Below are positions 40,119 to 49,181 of a stretch of 64,000 nucleotides of DNA, in pieces (the first letter of the stretch is position 1; the number at the start of each line of letters is the position of its first letter). The DNA comes from Bacteroidia bacterium. Lineage in GTDB: Bacteria > Bacteroidota > Bacteroidia > Palsa-965. Position numbers and translations under genes: made by a program. The DNA lies in contig JBIOHC010000012.1 in the NCBI GenBank assembly GCA_044448685.1, positions 15,077-79,076 of the forward strand, given 5' to 3'. Under the pieces are notes generated by a model. The model was given only the letters and a program-made list of their open reading frames with translations, did no database searches and was not told the DNA's origin.

Positions 40119-40991
40119 TTTTACGGGTTGTTCCTGAGGAGCGATTGCATAAAATTTACGCTCTCCCAGAAGGTAGTGATTCCCTTTAGCCATAACATGA
40201 ACAATCATATTCTCGATAGAGATAGGTGCCCCTTCAGGCAAATCGGCGATGTTCGAATATCGGATATTATGCCCGTCGAAGATGAGGATTAATCCGGAAC
40301 CGATGGCTTCCATACGGTCTCCATCAGTGATCAGCACACCGGTATCTTCTCCAAGGCCAATTCCTATACAACCCGGATTACTGGCTACAGCCTGGGCAAG
40401 GCGTCCAAACCGCCCGCGTGTCACAAAATGTGAGTCAATAATAACGTCTTTGATAAATGCCAGTCCGGTTGTAATCTTTACTTCCCCTTTCAGGAGAGCT
40501 CCTGTACTGCTTCCCTGGTAAATCATAGTGTTTGACATACCCATTGCACCAGCACTTGTTCCGGCTATGACGAATTTTTCATTCGTATACCGTTCAGTCA
40601 GAACGCGTAAGAATTCAGTGCCGCCGAAAATCATGCTGAGTCTTAGCTGATTTCCTCCGGTAAACATAACCCCGTCAGCCTTTCGTATGCGCTCTGTATA
40701 TTCCGGAAGGAGGACATCATTCCGGTTCTTGATATGGATCACACCAACCTTTGTACAGCCCAGCTTACCGAAAGCCTGTATGTAATTTTCCCCTACTTCC
40801 TCCGGGATCACAGAAGCCGTTGTGATTACCTCAACAAGAGAATCCGGGCCTTTCATTTCAGAAAGAATACGTTTCAGGATCCCGAACTCAAAAAAGTTAA
40901 GATCCGTTTTCTGAGTAAAGTTGGGTTCTATACCCGTTCCTTTATCCTCACTCCCCCCGATAGAAATCAGCTTTCCTTTAGGAATACTCAT
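40116..40991 (-). CDS. cphB: Cyanophycinase
   Basis: IGGSEDK, TGGNQLRL, Ser motif GTSAGA, IDSHF.TRGRFGRL, GLGEDT (Ser-His-Glu triad); no signal peptide. Start at ATG 40991. Confidence 0.93.
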   Translation of the reverse strand: MSIPKGKLISIGGSEDKGTGIEPNFTQKTDLNFFEFGILKRILSEMKGPDSLVEVITTASVIPEEVGENYIQAFGKLGCTKVGVIHIKNRNDVLLPEYTERIRKADGVMFTGGNQLRLSMIFGGTEFLRVLTERYTNEKFVIAGTSAGAMGMSNTMIYQGSSTGALLKGEVKITTGLAFIKDVIIDSHFVTRGRFGRLAQAVASNPGCIGIGLGEDTGVLITDGDRMEAIGSGLILIFDGHNIRYSNIADLPEGAPISIENMIVHVMAKGNHYLLGERKFYAIAPQEQPVK

Positions 40992-41012
40992 GGTAATCAA
41001 ATTGGTTCCGCA

Positions 41013-41020
41013 GCAAAATT
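41013..41020 (-). promoter_or_regulatory. -7 box TAATTTTG for cphB
   Basis: caaaatta on the + strand, 21 nt upstream of the cphB ATG. Confidence 0.5.
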
Positions 41021-41130
41021 AACACAATAGAAAGGATTCCTTAATTCCCTGCCTGACAATTATCACATTATTTTGAACATCCCCCGGAAACCCCGGGAAT
41101 AATACGTATATTCATCAAAATCCCTTACCT

Positions 41131-43803
41131 ATGAAGATAATAGAGATACGCGCAATGCGTGGCCCGAATTACTGGTCGATCTGGAGACATAAACTGATCG
41201 TGATGAAACTGGATATAGAGGCGTATGAAGAACAACCGACTGATAAAATAAAGGGATTTTCAGAAAGGCTTGAAGCAATGTTTCCCAGTATGATAGAGCA
41301 CCGTTGTTCCGAAAACGGCCCCGGTGGATTCTTTTTCCGTGTTAAGGAAGGTACCTGGATAGGGCATGTAATAGAGCATATAGCACTGGAAATACAAACC
41401 CTGGCCGGAATGGATACCGGTTTTGGCCGTACCCGCACTACAGGTGAGAAGGGGATGTACCACGTCGTCTTTTCCTATATGGAAGAAAAAGTAGGTATAT
41501 ATGCTGCCAAAGCCTCTGTCCGGATTGCACAGGCATTGGTTGACGGCATGCCTTATAACCTGGAAGAGGATATCCAAACCATGCGTGAAATAAGGGAGGA
41601 AGAACGCCTCGGTCCCAGTACCGGTTCCATCGTTCAGGAAGCCATGAACCGGGGTATTCCCTATATACGTCTGAACCGGCATTCACTTGTAATGCTGGGT
41701 TATGGAGTAAACCAGAAACGTATTCAGGCTACGGTATGCAGCAGTACCAGCAATATTGCGGTAGAACTGGCATGTGACAAGGAGGAAACAAAATCCATGC
41801 TGGAATCGGCATCGATCCCTATTCCACTCGGAATCATAACCAGCAAGGAAGAAGATGTGGAAGGAGCGGTCAAAAAACTCGGATTCCCGCTGGTCATAAA
41901 ACCGGTTAACGGGAATCACGGTCGTGGGGCTACCATCAACATCAAAACCATGGATCAGGCCATGGAAGGATTCCAGATTGCAAAACGTATTTCCCGGACT
42001 GTCATCATAGAAAAATTTATTACCGGCTTTGATTACCGTTTGCTTGTGATTAATTATAAGTTGGTGGCTGCAGCAAAAAGAACTCCTGCTGCCGTCATCG
42101 GAGACGGGAAAATGTCCATCCAGGAACTGGTTGACAAAGTGAACAGCGACCCAAGGCGAGGGTACGGGCATGAAAAAGAGCTTACATCGATCAAGATTGA
42201 TGAAATAACATTGGCAATTCTGAAAGATAACGGTCTCAGCATTGAGTCCGTTCTGAAAAAAGGAGAAACAATTTACCTCAAAGCCACAGCCAACCTTAGC
42301 ACAGGCGGTACTGCCACGGATGTAACAGATATGGTGCATCCCTATAATGTATTTATGGCCGAACGTATTGCCCGCATCATCGGGCTTGATATATGCGGAA
42401 TTGATATCATGGCTCCAGACCTGACCAACCCGATTAATGAAAATGGGGGGGTTGTATTGGAAGTGAATGCGGGCCCGGGCTTCCGTATGCATATTGCCCC
42501 AACAGAAGGCTTGCCCAGGAATGTAGCGGAGCCGGTTATTGATATGCTTTATCCTCCCGGAAGCCCTGTCAAAATCCCCATTATTGCTGTTACAGGAACA
42601 AACGGTAAAACTACAACAACCCGTCTGGTAGCCCATATTATGAAAACAGTGGGCTATAAGGTCGGATTCACAACCACCGATGGAATTTATATCCAGAACA
42701 GGATGATGGAACAGGGCGATTGTACAGGCCCTGTGAGCGCTGAATTTGTACTGAAAGATCCTACAGTTGATTTTGCCGTATTGGAGTGTGCAAGGGGTGG
42801 GATTTTACGCGCAGGTCTCGGCTTTCATAACTGTGATATAGGTATTGTGACCAATGTAGCCGAAGATCACCTTGGACTGAAAGATATTCATACCCTGGAA
42901 GATCTTGCCAGAGTCAAAGCTGTGATTCCTGAAAGTGTACTTCCCGAAGGATATGCGATTCTGAATGCAGATGATGACCTGGTATATGCCATGGCCAAAG
43001 GGCTCGATTGTAAGGTGGCATTTTTTAGCATGGATGAACACAATCCCCGTATCATCAAACATTGCCGTAAAGGTGGTATTGCCGCTGTTGTCGAAGATGG
43101 CTATATAAGCATTTGCAAAGGAACCTGGAAAATACGAATCGAAAAGGTGGTGAATATACCGCTTACTTTTTCCGGAAAAGCAATCTTTATGATTCAGAAC
43201 ATTCTGCCAGCCGTTCTTTCCGGATTTCTGAGCAATGTGAAAATAGAAGATATTCGTCTGGCCCTTGAAACATTTATTCCTTCACCGACACAAACCCCCG
43301 GAAGGATGAACCTGTTTCAGTTTAATAAGTTCCAGGTAATGGTTGATTACGCCCATAATACAGCAGGCTTCCAGGCTCTGGGCAAATTTCTCGAAAAAAC
43401 GGATGCTAAACCTAAGATCGGGATTATTGCAGGTGTCGGAGACCGCAGGGATGAAGATATTCTGAGCCTCGGTACCCTGGCGGCACAAATGTTTGATGAA
43501 ATTATTATCCGACAGGATAAGAATCTGAGAAACAGAAGCGGAGAGGAGATCATCAGGCTCATCGTTAAAGGCATAGAATCTGAAAATGCTGCCATACCCT
43601 ATAAAATAATCCCTTCCGAGGCTGAAGCAATTGAATATGCTATTAAGCATGCCAGGAAAGGATCATTTATAACGATCTGCAGTGATGTGGTACCCGATGC
43701 CCTCAATGCCATCATGAAGTACAAAGAAGTGGATGCAGAGTTTGAAATGCTTAAGGAAGATATCCCGAATCAGCATGGTGCCACCCAGGTTCAGGGTAAG
43801 TAA
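41131..43803 (+). CDS. cphA: Cyanophycin synthetase CphA1
   Basis: RGPNYWS, HRCS...EGTWIGHVIEH N domain, ATP-grasp (KPVNGNHGRG, EVNAGPGFRMH), Mur-ligase domain (VTGTNGKTTT, ECARGG, DYAHN); 890 aa. Confidence 0.96.
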   Translation: MKIIEIRAMRGPNYWSIWRHKLIVMKLDIEAYEEQPTDKIKGFSERLEAMFPSMIEHRCSENGPGGFFFRVKEGTWIGHVIEHIALEIQTLAGMDTGFGRTRTTGEKGMYHVVFSYMEEKVGIYAAKASVRIAQALVDGMPYNLEEDIQTMREIREEERLGPSTGSIVQEAMNRGIPYIRLNRHSLVMLGYGVNQKRIQATVCSSTSNIAVELACDKEETKSMLESASIPIPLGIITSKEEDVEGAVKKLGFPLVIKPVNGNHGRGATINIKTMDQAMEGFQIAKRISRTVIIEKFITGFDYRLLVINYKLVAAAKRTPAAVIGDGKMSIQELVDKVNSDPRRGYGHEKELTSIKIDEITLAILKDNGLSIESVLKKGETIYLKATANLSTGGTATDVTDMVHPYNVFMAERIARIIGLDICGIDIMAPDLTNPINENGGVVLEVNAGPGFRMHIAPTEGLPRNVAEPVIDMLYPPGSPVKIPIIAVTGTNGKTTTTRLVAHIMKTVGYKVGFTTTDGIYIQNRMMEQGDCTGPVSAEFVLKDPTVDFAVLECARGGILRAGLGFHNCDIGIVTNVAEDHLGLKDIHTLEDLARVKAVIPESVLPEGYAILNADDDLVYAMAKGLDCKVAFFSMDEHNPRIIKHCRKGGIAAVVEDGYISICKGTWKIRIEKVVNIPLTFSGKAIFMIQNILPAVLSGFLSNVKIEDIRLALETFIPSPTQTPGRMNLFQFNKFQVMVDYAHNTAGFQALGKFLEKTDAKPKIGIIAGVGDRRDEDILSLGTLAAQMFDEIIIRQDKNLRNRSGEEIIRLIVKGIESENAAIPYKIIPSEAEAIEYAIKHARKGSFITICSDVVPDALNAIMKYKEVDAEFEMLKEDIPNQHGATQVQGK

Positions 43804-43817
43804 ATTATACTGAACTG

Positions 43818-43850
43818 AAAGCCCTCCGCTATAAAACGGGGGGCTTTTTT
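43818..43850 (+). terminator. Intrinsic terminator after cphA
   Basis: aaagccctccg-ctataaaa-cggggggcttt followed by T run. Confidence 0.85.
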
Positions 43851-44038
43851 GTGAAAAACAGAGTTAAAACAATATAGGTCATTCTTTCAAATATCTATTT
43901 ATATGGGGTGCATCCTCCTTCCTTCATCCTGTACCCTGCATCCGGTTTCGGACGTTTTGCCGTCAGTTCTGCTGTCTTCACCGAAAAGGCCCTCTTAAAC
44001 ACCCTGTTTGACGTAACACTTATTAAAAACCAGGAAGT

Positions 44039-44554
44039 ATGGCTATGATCGTTCAAAATCATGTACCCAGGCATAACCTGATCTTTATCGTAGAAGATGA
44101 TGAGATGTATTCTTTTATGCTGGAATACAGTTTGTCGGAAGAACATAAACTGCGCTGCCTGCGTTTCGAGAAGGGGGAGGAATGTATCAATAATCTTCCT
44201 CTGGATCCGGACATGATAATACTCGATTATGTACTGCCCGGCATAAACGGATTGGAGACATTCCGTCGTATCAAGAGCAGCAAGCCGGATGTACCTGTAA
44301 TGGTCCTTACAAGTAATTTCGATTCAGGTGCAGCACAAAAATTTATGGATGAAGGTGTTTATGATTATTTGCTGAAGGAAGATGATGCAATGAGCCGCGT
44401 AAAATCAGCTGTAGTATCGATTATTGAAAAAAAAAGCAGAGAGCACGAAATAAAGCAAGAAAAAGATGGAATGCTGGGCATTGCCAGAATGGTACTGCTC
44501 TTTCTGATTCTGTTTGCCTTATTGGGAACAGCCTTCTGGTTGGTGATAGCATAA
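44039..44554 (+). CDS. Receiver-domain protein with a C-terminal transmembrane helix
   Basis: IFIVEDD, IILDYVLPGING, VMVLTS, YDYLLK; tail MVLLFLILFALLGTAFWLVIA. Confidence 0.88.
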   Translation: MAMIVQNHVPRHNLIFIVEDDEMYSFMLEYSLSEEHKLRCLRFEKGEECINNLPLDPDMIILDYVLPGINGLETFRRIKSSKPDVPVMVLTSNFDSGAAQKFMDEGVYDYLLKEDDAMSRVKSAVVSIIEKKSREHEIKQEKDGMLGIARMVLLFLILFALLGTAFWLVIA

Positions 44555-44574
44555 TGCATTGAAAACAATCAGCC

Positions 44575-45069
44575 ATGGAAAATGAAAAAGAATCCTTACG
44601 GGTTTTCATTGTGGATGATGATCCTGTGTTCAGCAAAGCAATGGAAACATACCTGCTTAATACATTCAAGGATGTTGAAATTCAGTGTTTTACAAATGGA
44701 GAAGCCTGTCTTCATGAGTTGCACAAAGAGCCTGATTTAATTCTGCTCGATTATAAACTGGATTCTGAATTTGCGTATGCATGGGACGGATTACAAGTTC
44801 TCAAGAAAATCAATAGTTTGAATCCCGGTTTGAGTGTCGTTGTCATGTCGGCGAAGGAAAGTGTTGAAACAGCAATGGATTGCATCAATCAGGGAGCTAT
44901 GGATTATGTTCTGAAAAACGAAAAAGTATTTGAAAAGGTTAAACAAATATTAATGGAATTAAAAGTGGAAATTGAAGAAGTCAACCAGGGAGAAGATCAG
45001 GGGAAAATGCCGGGTTTGCTTGGTATTTTGATCCTCTTACTCCTTGTCATTTTTCTTTTTCTCCGATAG
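44575..45069 (+). CDS. Receiver-domain protein with a C-terminal transmembrane helix
   Basis: VFIVDDD, LILLDYKL, VVVMSA, MDYVLK; tail LLGILILLLLVIFLFLR. Confidence 0.88.
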   Translation: MENEKESLRVFIVDDDPVFSKAMETYLLNTFKDVEIQCFTNGEACLHELHKEPDLILLDYKLDSEFAYAWDGLQVLKKINSLNPGLSVVVMSAKESVETAMDCINQGAMDYVLKNEKVFEKVKQILMELKVEIEEVNQGEDQGKMPGLLGILILLLLVIFLFLR

Positions 45070-45110
45070 GACGGATCATCCGTATTCGCAAATCGCTAAA
45101 TAACAGAGCC

Positions 45111-45464
45111 ATGAAAATTCTCGTTGTCGATGATGACCCCCTCACACTGGAAGCAATCAGTAATTGTCTGAAGGCGGACGGGAATGATGTTATTGCTGCC
45201 GGAAATGGCTTTGAAGCAATAAGCCGGACAAAGGATCAGCATCTTGATCTTATTATCAGTGATATAATGATGCCCGATATGTCTGGACTCAGTTTGCTTT
45301 GTTTGCTGAAGCAGTTTTATTTTAGTCCGGTTCCGGTCATTATTATTTCTTCTTTAGATAAGGCAGATGTTATTCTGTCTTCGTTGGGACTTGGTGCAGA
45401 CGACTTTATCAGTAAACCGATTGATTTTAACCGTCTCAGTTCAAGGGTTAATAGTTATGCATAA
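45111..45464 (+). CDS. Single-domain (CheY-like) response regulator
   Basis: MKILVVDDD, IISDIMMPDMSG, IIISS, ADDFISKP. Confidence 0.92.
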   Translation: MKILVVDDDPLTLEAISNCLKADGNDVIAAGNGFEAISRTKDQHLDLIISDIMMPDMSGLSLLCLLKQFYFSPVPVIIISSLDKADVILSSLGLGADDFISKPIDFNRLSSRVNSYA

Positions 45465-45487
45465 ATTCAGAAACCAGGAAAAGCAAA

Positions 45488-45862
45488 ATGGAAACAAATA
45501 AAGTCACAGACCTGAGCTACCTCCGGCAGCTTGCAAACGGCAGCGATGAATTCATGGAAACCATGAGCACCCTTTTTATGGAGGAAACCCCGTTGACCAT
45601 AGAGAATATGGAAGCAAGCTGTCTGAAGAGCGACTGGAAGGCAATCAAAGCAATGGCTCATAAAATGAAACCATCATTCGGTTTTATGGGTATAGCCAGT
45701 ATGAAAGAGCTGATAGAAGAGCTTGAAAAAGAAGCCGAGTCAGCTTCGAATCCGGATCTGATCATGGAAAAAATAATCAGCCTGAAAGTGATTTGCCGGA
45801 GTGCAATAAATGAGCTCAGGCAGGACTTAAAAACCTATCATAAACCTCTTTCACGGCTTTGA
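45488..45862 (+). CDS. Stand-alone Hpt (histidine phosphotransfer) protein
   Basis: DLSYLRQLANG, F.EETP, DWKAIKAMAHKMKPSFGFMG. Confidence 0.88.
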   Translation: METNKVTDLSYLRQLANGSDEFMETMSTLFMEETPLTIENMEASCLKSDWKAIKAMAHKMKPSFGFMGIASMKELIEELEKEAESASNPDLIMEKIISLKVICRSAINELRQDLKTYHKPLSRL

Positions 45863-45868
45863 ATGGAT

Positions 45869-48076
45869 TTAATTCCCCATTTCTGAAATAAACTTGATAC
45901 GCATCAGGCGTATTTCGTCTTCAGAATATTCATTTTCTCCGAGTTCTTTCAGGGCATCGGCAACGGAGTCGCTTTGCGATTCACGGAAATAATCAAATAC
46001 TTCTTCCTGCTTTTCTTCGTCCAGAACCTGGTCTATATAATAGCTTATATTGACGCGTGTTCCCGATGCAACAATGGTTTCAATTTCTCCAAGCAGATCA
46101 GTCAGTGAAAGTCCTTTGGCACTTGCTACATCTTCAAGGCTCAGCTTACGGTCAATGCTTTGAATGATATGGACTTTGAGGCCTGATTTGTTCACAACCG
46201 ACTTCACCACCATATCCATGGGGCGTTCAATTTCATTGTCGGTAACATACTTGCATATCAATTCTACGAAAGGTCTTCCGAATTTGGTTGCTTTTCCAGG
46301 ACCCACACCGGTGATATGTGTAAGTTCTTCCATAGTTGTCGGATACTGGATAGCCATTTCTTCCAGCGACACTTCTGAAAAAATTACATAGGGTGGAAGG
46401 TTCTTGGCTTTGGCTGTTTTCTTGACCAGGTCTTTCAGCATGCTGAACAATACCTCATCTGATCCGGCACCTTTATGTCCGGACCCTGATCCTATAATTT
46501 CATCCTCGTCTGCATCCGTACCTTCGTAATCATGGTCCTTGGTTATCAGGATGGAATACGGCTTTTTCAGAAACTCTTTTCCTTCCTTCGTCAGTTTAAG
46601 AAGACCATAGCTTTCAATGTCTTTGGATAAAAATCCATTGATAATGGTATGACGTACTACGGCATTCCAGTATTTTTCATTTTTATCATCTTCCAGACCC
46701 TTGCCAAACTGCTCCAGCTCATTGTGTTTATATGCTTTGGAAGTAGCTGTTAGCGTACCCATCAGCACGTTAATGACGTCTTTTGCTTTGAACTTCTCCT
46801 TCATGTCCACAATCGTTTCCAATACCAGTTCAATCTGATCCTGACCTTCGAATTTGGTTTTGGGATGCAGGCAATTATCACAGTTTCCGCAATTCGTCTG
46901 TGCATATCCTTCTCCGAAATAATGGAGTAATACTTTTCTCCTGCAGACGGAAGTTTCGGCATAAGCCACTGTTTCAAGCAACAGTTGTTTCCCGATTTCC
47001 TGTTCCGCCACAGGCTTTCCTTTCATGAACTTTTCCAGCTTCTGGATATCATCATAGGAATAGAATGTCAGGCAATGTCCTTCTCCTCCGTCCCTGCCCG
47101 AACGTCCGGTTTCCTGGTAATATCCTTCAAGAGATTTTGGGATATCATGGTGAATAACAAAACGGACATCGGGTTTGTCTATACCCATTCCAAAGGCGAT
47201 GGTGGCAACAATCACATCAATATCTTCCATCAGGAACTGATCCTGGGTCTGAGCCCTGGTGGTAGCATCCAGTCCGGCATGATAAGGTTTGGCTTTTATC
47301 CCATTAACCTGCAGGGTTTCAGCAAGTTCCTCAACTTTTTTGCGGCTTAAGCAATAGATAATACCTGATTTGCCGGTGTTTTTCTTGACAAACTTTATGA
47401 TCTCTTTGGCTACATTAACCTTGGGTTTTACCTCATAGTAAAGGTTGCCACGGTTGAAAGAAGATTTATAGATATCAGCAGTCTGCATCCCCAGGTTCTT
47501 GAGTATATCCTGCTGAACCTTAGGGGTTGCCGTGGCGGTAAGGGCAATAACGGGCACCTTGCCTATTTCTTCAAAAATAGACCGGAGACGGCGGTATTCA
47601 GGTCTGAAATCATGACCCCATTCTGATATACAATGTGCTTCATCAATGGCAAAGAAAGAAATATTGATATCTCTCAGAAAGGTCACATTTTCTTCTTTGG
47701 TAAGGCTTTCCGGAGCAACATAGAGTAGTTTGGTTTTTCCTTCGGCTATATCTTTCTTTACTTTCAGGATTTCGGCCTTTGTCAGGGATGAATTCAGAAA
47801 ATGAGCCACACTGTCTTCAGAGCCAAAGTTCCGTATGGCATCCACTTGATTCTTCATCAGGGCTATAAGCGGGGAAACAATAATACCTGTTCCTTCGCTT
47901 ATCAATGCAGGCAACTGATAACACAGGGATTTTCCACCACCGGTAGGCATGATAACGAAGGTATCCCGCCCTTCGAGAACGCTGGTGATGATCTCTTCCT
48001 GTTCTCCTTTAAATTTATTGAATCCAAAGTATTTCTGAAGTGCTTGTGGGAGGGCTACTGATTCTAATTCTAGCAT
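45869..48076 (-). CDS. recQ: ATP-dependent DNA helicase RecQ
   Basis: MPTGGGKSLCYQLP, DEAHCISEWGHDFRP, AFGMGIDK, Zn-binding CRR..CGNCDNC, HRDC domain. Confidence 0.96.
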   Translation of the reverse strand: MLELESVALPQALQKYFGFNKFKGEQEEIITSVLEGRDTFVIMPTGGGKSLCYQLPALISEGTGIIVSPLIALMKNQVDAIRNFGSEDSVAHFLNSSLTKAEILKVKKDIAEGKTKLLYVAPESLTKEENVTFLRDINISFFAIDEAHCISEWGHDFRPEYRRLRSIFEEIGKVPVIALTATATPKVQQDILKNLGMQTADIYKSSFNRGNLYYEVKPKVNVAKEIIKFVKKNTGKSGIIYCLSRKKVEELAETLQVNGIKAKPYHAGLDATTRAQTQDQFLMEDIDVIVATIAFGMGIDKPDVRFVIHHDIPKSLEGYYQETGRSGRDGGEGHCLTFYSYDDIQKLEKFMKGKPVAEQEIGKQLLLETVAYAETSVCRRKVLLHYFGEGYAQTNCGNCDNCLHPKTKFEGQDQIELVLETIVDMKEKFKAKDVINVLMGTLTATSKAYKHNELEQFGKGLEDDKNEKYWNAVVRHTIINGFLSKDIESYGLLKLTKEGKEFLKKPYSILITKDHDYEGTDADEDEIIGSGSGHKGAGSDEVLFSMLKDLVKKTAKAKNLPPYVIFSEVSLEEMAIQYPTTMEELTHITGVGPGKATKFGRPFVELICKYVTDNEIERPMDMVVKSVVNKSGLKVHIIQSIDRKLSLEDVASAKGLSLTDLLGEIETIVASGTRVNISYYIDQVLDEEKQEEVFDYFRESQSDSVADALKELGENEYSEDEIRLMRIKFISEMGN

Positions 48077-48213
48077 TGGGTTGGGCTGTATTTCCCTGGA
48101 AGGGGATGAAAATGCGATATTTGGTTAGTTTTGCATTGCTTAGGTAAAGATATAATAAAAATTCCTTTCAAAAGCTAATTTTATATCGCTGAATTAAAAA
48201 AAACCACCAAGCC

Positions 48214-49179
48214 ATGAAATCGGACGACGAACTGAAAAAGATGGCTGTAAATACCTTGCTTTCAGAGGGGGAAGCTGTTAATAAGCTGGCCTCCCTTATA
48301 GGCGAAGGCTTTGTCAGCACAGTCAGGCATATCCTTGATTCAGAAGGCAGAGTGGTGATTACAGGCATTGGAAAAAGTGCCATTATTGCGTCTAAAATAG
48401 TAGCCACCTTAAACTCCACCGGAACCCCGTCTGTTTTTATGCATGCCGCAGATGCTATCCATGGTGATCTTGGGACTATACAGCAACACGATACCGTAAT
48501 CTGCATTTCCCGCAGCGGTAATACACCTGAGATAAAAGCACTCATCCCCCTGCTTAAGAAAGGGAATAACAAGCTTATTGCACTTACCGGTAATACAGAC
48601 TCCTACCTTGCAAACCAGGCAGATTATATATTAGATGCCACAGTAGAGCGGGAAGCTTGTCCCTTTAACCTGGCTCCGACTACCAGTACAACGGCTCAGC
48701 TTGCACTGGGTGATGCCCTTGCGGTTTGCCTGCTTCAGTGCAGGGATTTTACGGAAAAGGATTTTGCACGTTTTCATCCGGGAGGGGCTTTGGGCAAAAG
48801 GCTTTATCTCAAAGTAGGAGATCTGAGTTCGGTTCATGAAAAACCGCTGGTATTGCCCGGAGATGATATACGGAAAGTAATTCTCGAAATTTCTTCCAAA
48901 AGGCTGGGTGCTGCTGCTGTTGTGGATGGAACGGGTCTCATTGGTGTTATTACGGATGGTGACCTGAGGCGTATGCTGGAAAAAACAATTCATATTGAAG
49001 GACTCCATGCTGCCGATATCATGAGCCGTAACCCGAAATCAATCGAAGCTTCCGAGCTTGCCGTGACCGCCGTTCAGCTGATGGAAAAATTTCAGATTAC
49101 TCAACTTATCGTAACCGATCAGGGGGCATATGCAGGTTTTGTGCATATGCATGATTTACTGAGGGAAGGGTTGTTGTAA
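48214..49179 (+). CDS. kdsD: Arabinose-5-phosphate isomerase (KpsF/GutQ, SIS + CBS)
   Basis: TGIGKS, HGDLG, EACPFNLAPTTST, FHPGGALG, GVITDGDLRR. Confidence 0.92.
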   Translation: MKSDDELKKMAVNTLLSEGEAVNKLASLIGEGFVSTVRHILDSEGRVVITGIGKSAIIASKIVATLNSTGTPSVFMHAADAIHGDLGTIQQHDTVICISRSGNTPEIKALIPLLKKGNNKLIALTGNTDSYLANQADYILDATVEREACPFNLAPTTSTTAQLALGDALAVCLLQCRDFTEKDFARFHPGGALGKRLYLKVGDLSSVHEKPLVLPGDDIRKVILEISSKRLGAAAVVDGTGLIGVITDGDLRRMLEKTIHIEGLHAADIMSRNPKSIEASELAVTAVQLMEKFQITQLIVTDQGAYAGFVHMHDLLREGLL

Positions 49180-49181
49180 CA

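Noticed and set aside
41683-42636. 317-aa antisense ORF inside cphA
   Set aside because: Codon-bias shadow of cphA; no domain signature.
44008-44022. tgacgtaacacttat as a sigma-54 promoter for the receiver cassette
   Set aside because: Both the invariant -24 GG and the -12 GC are missing.
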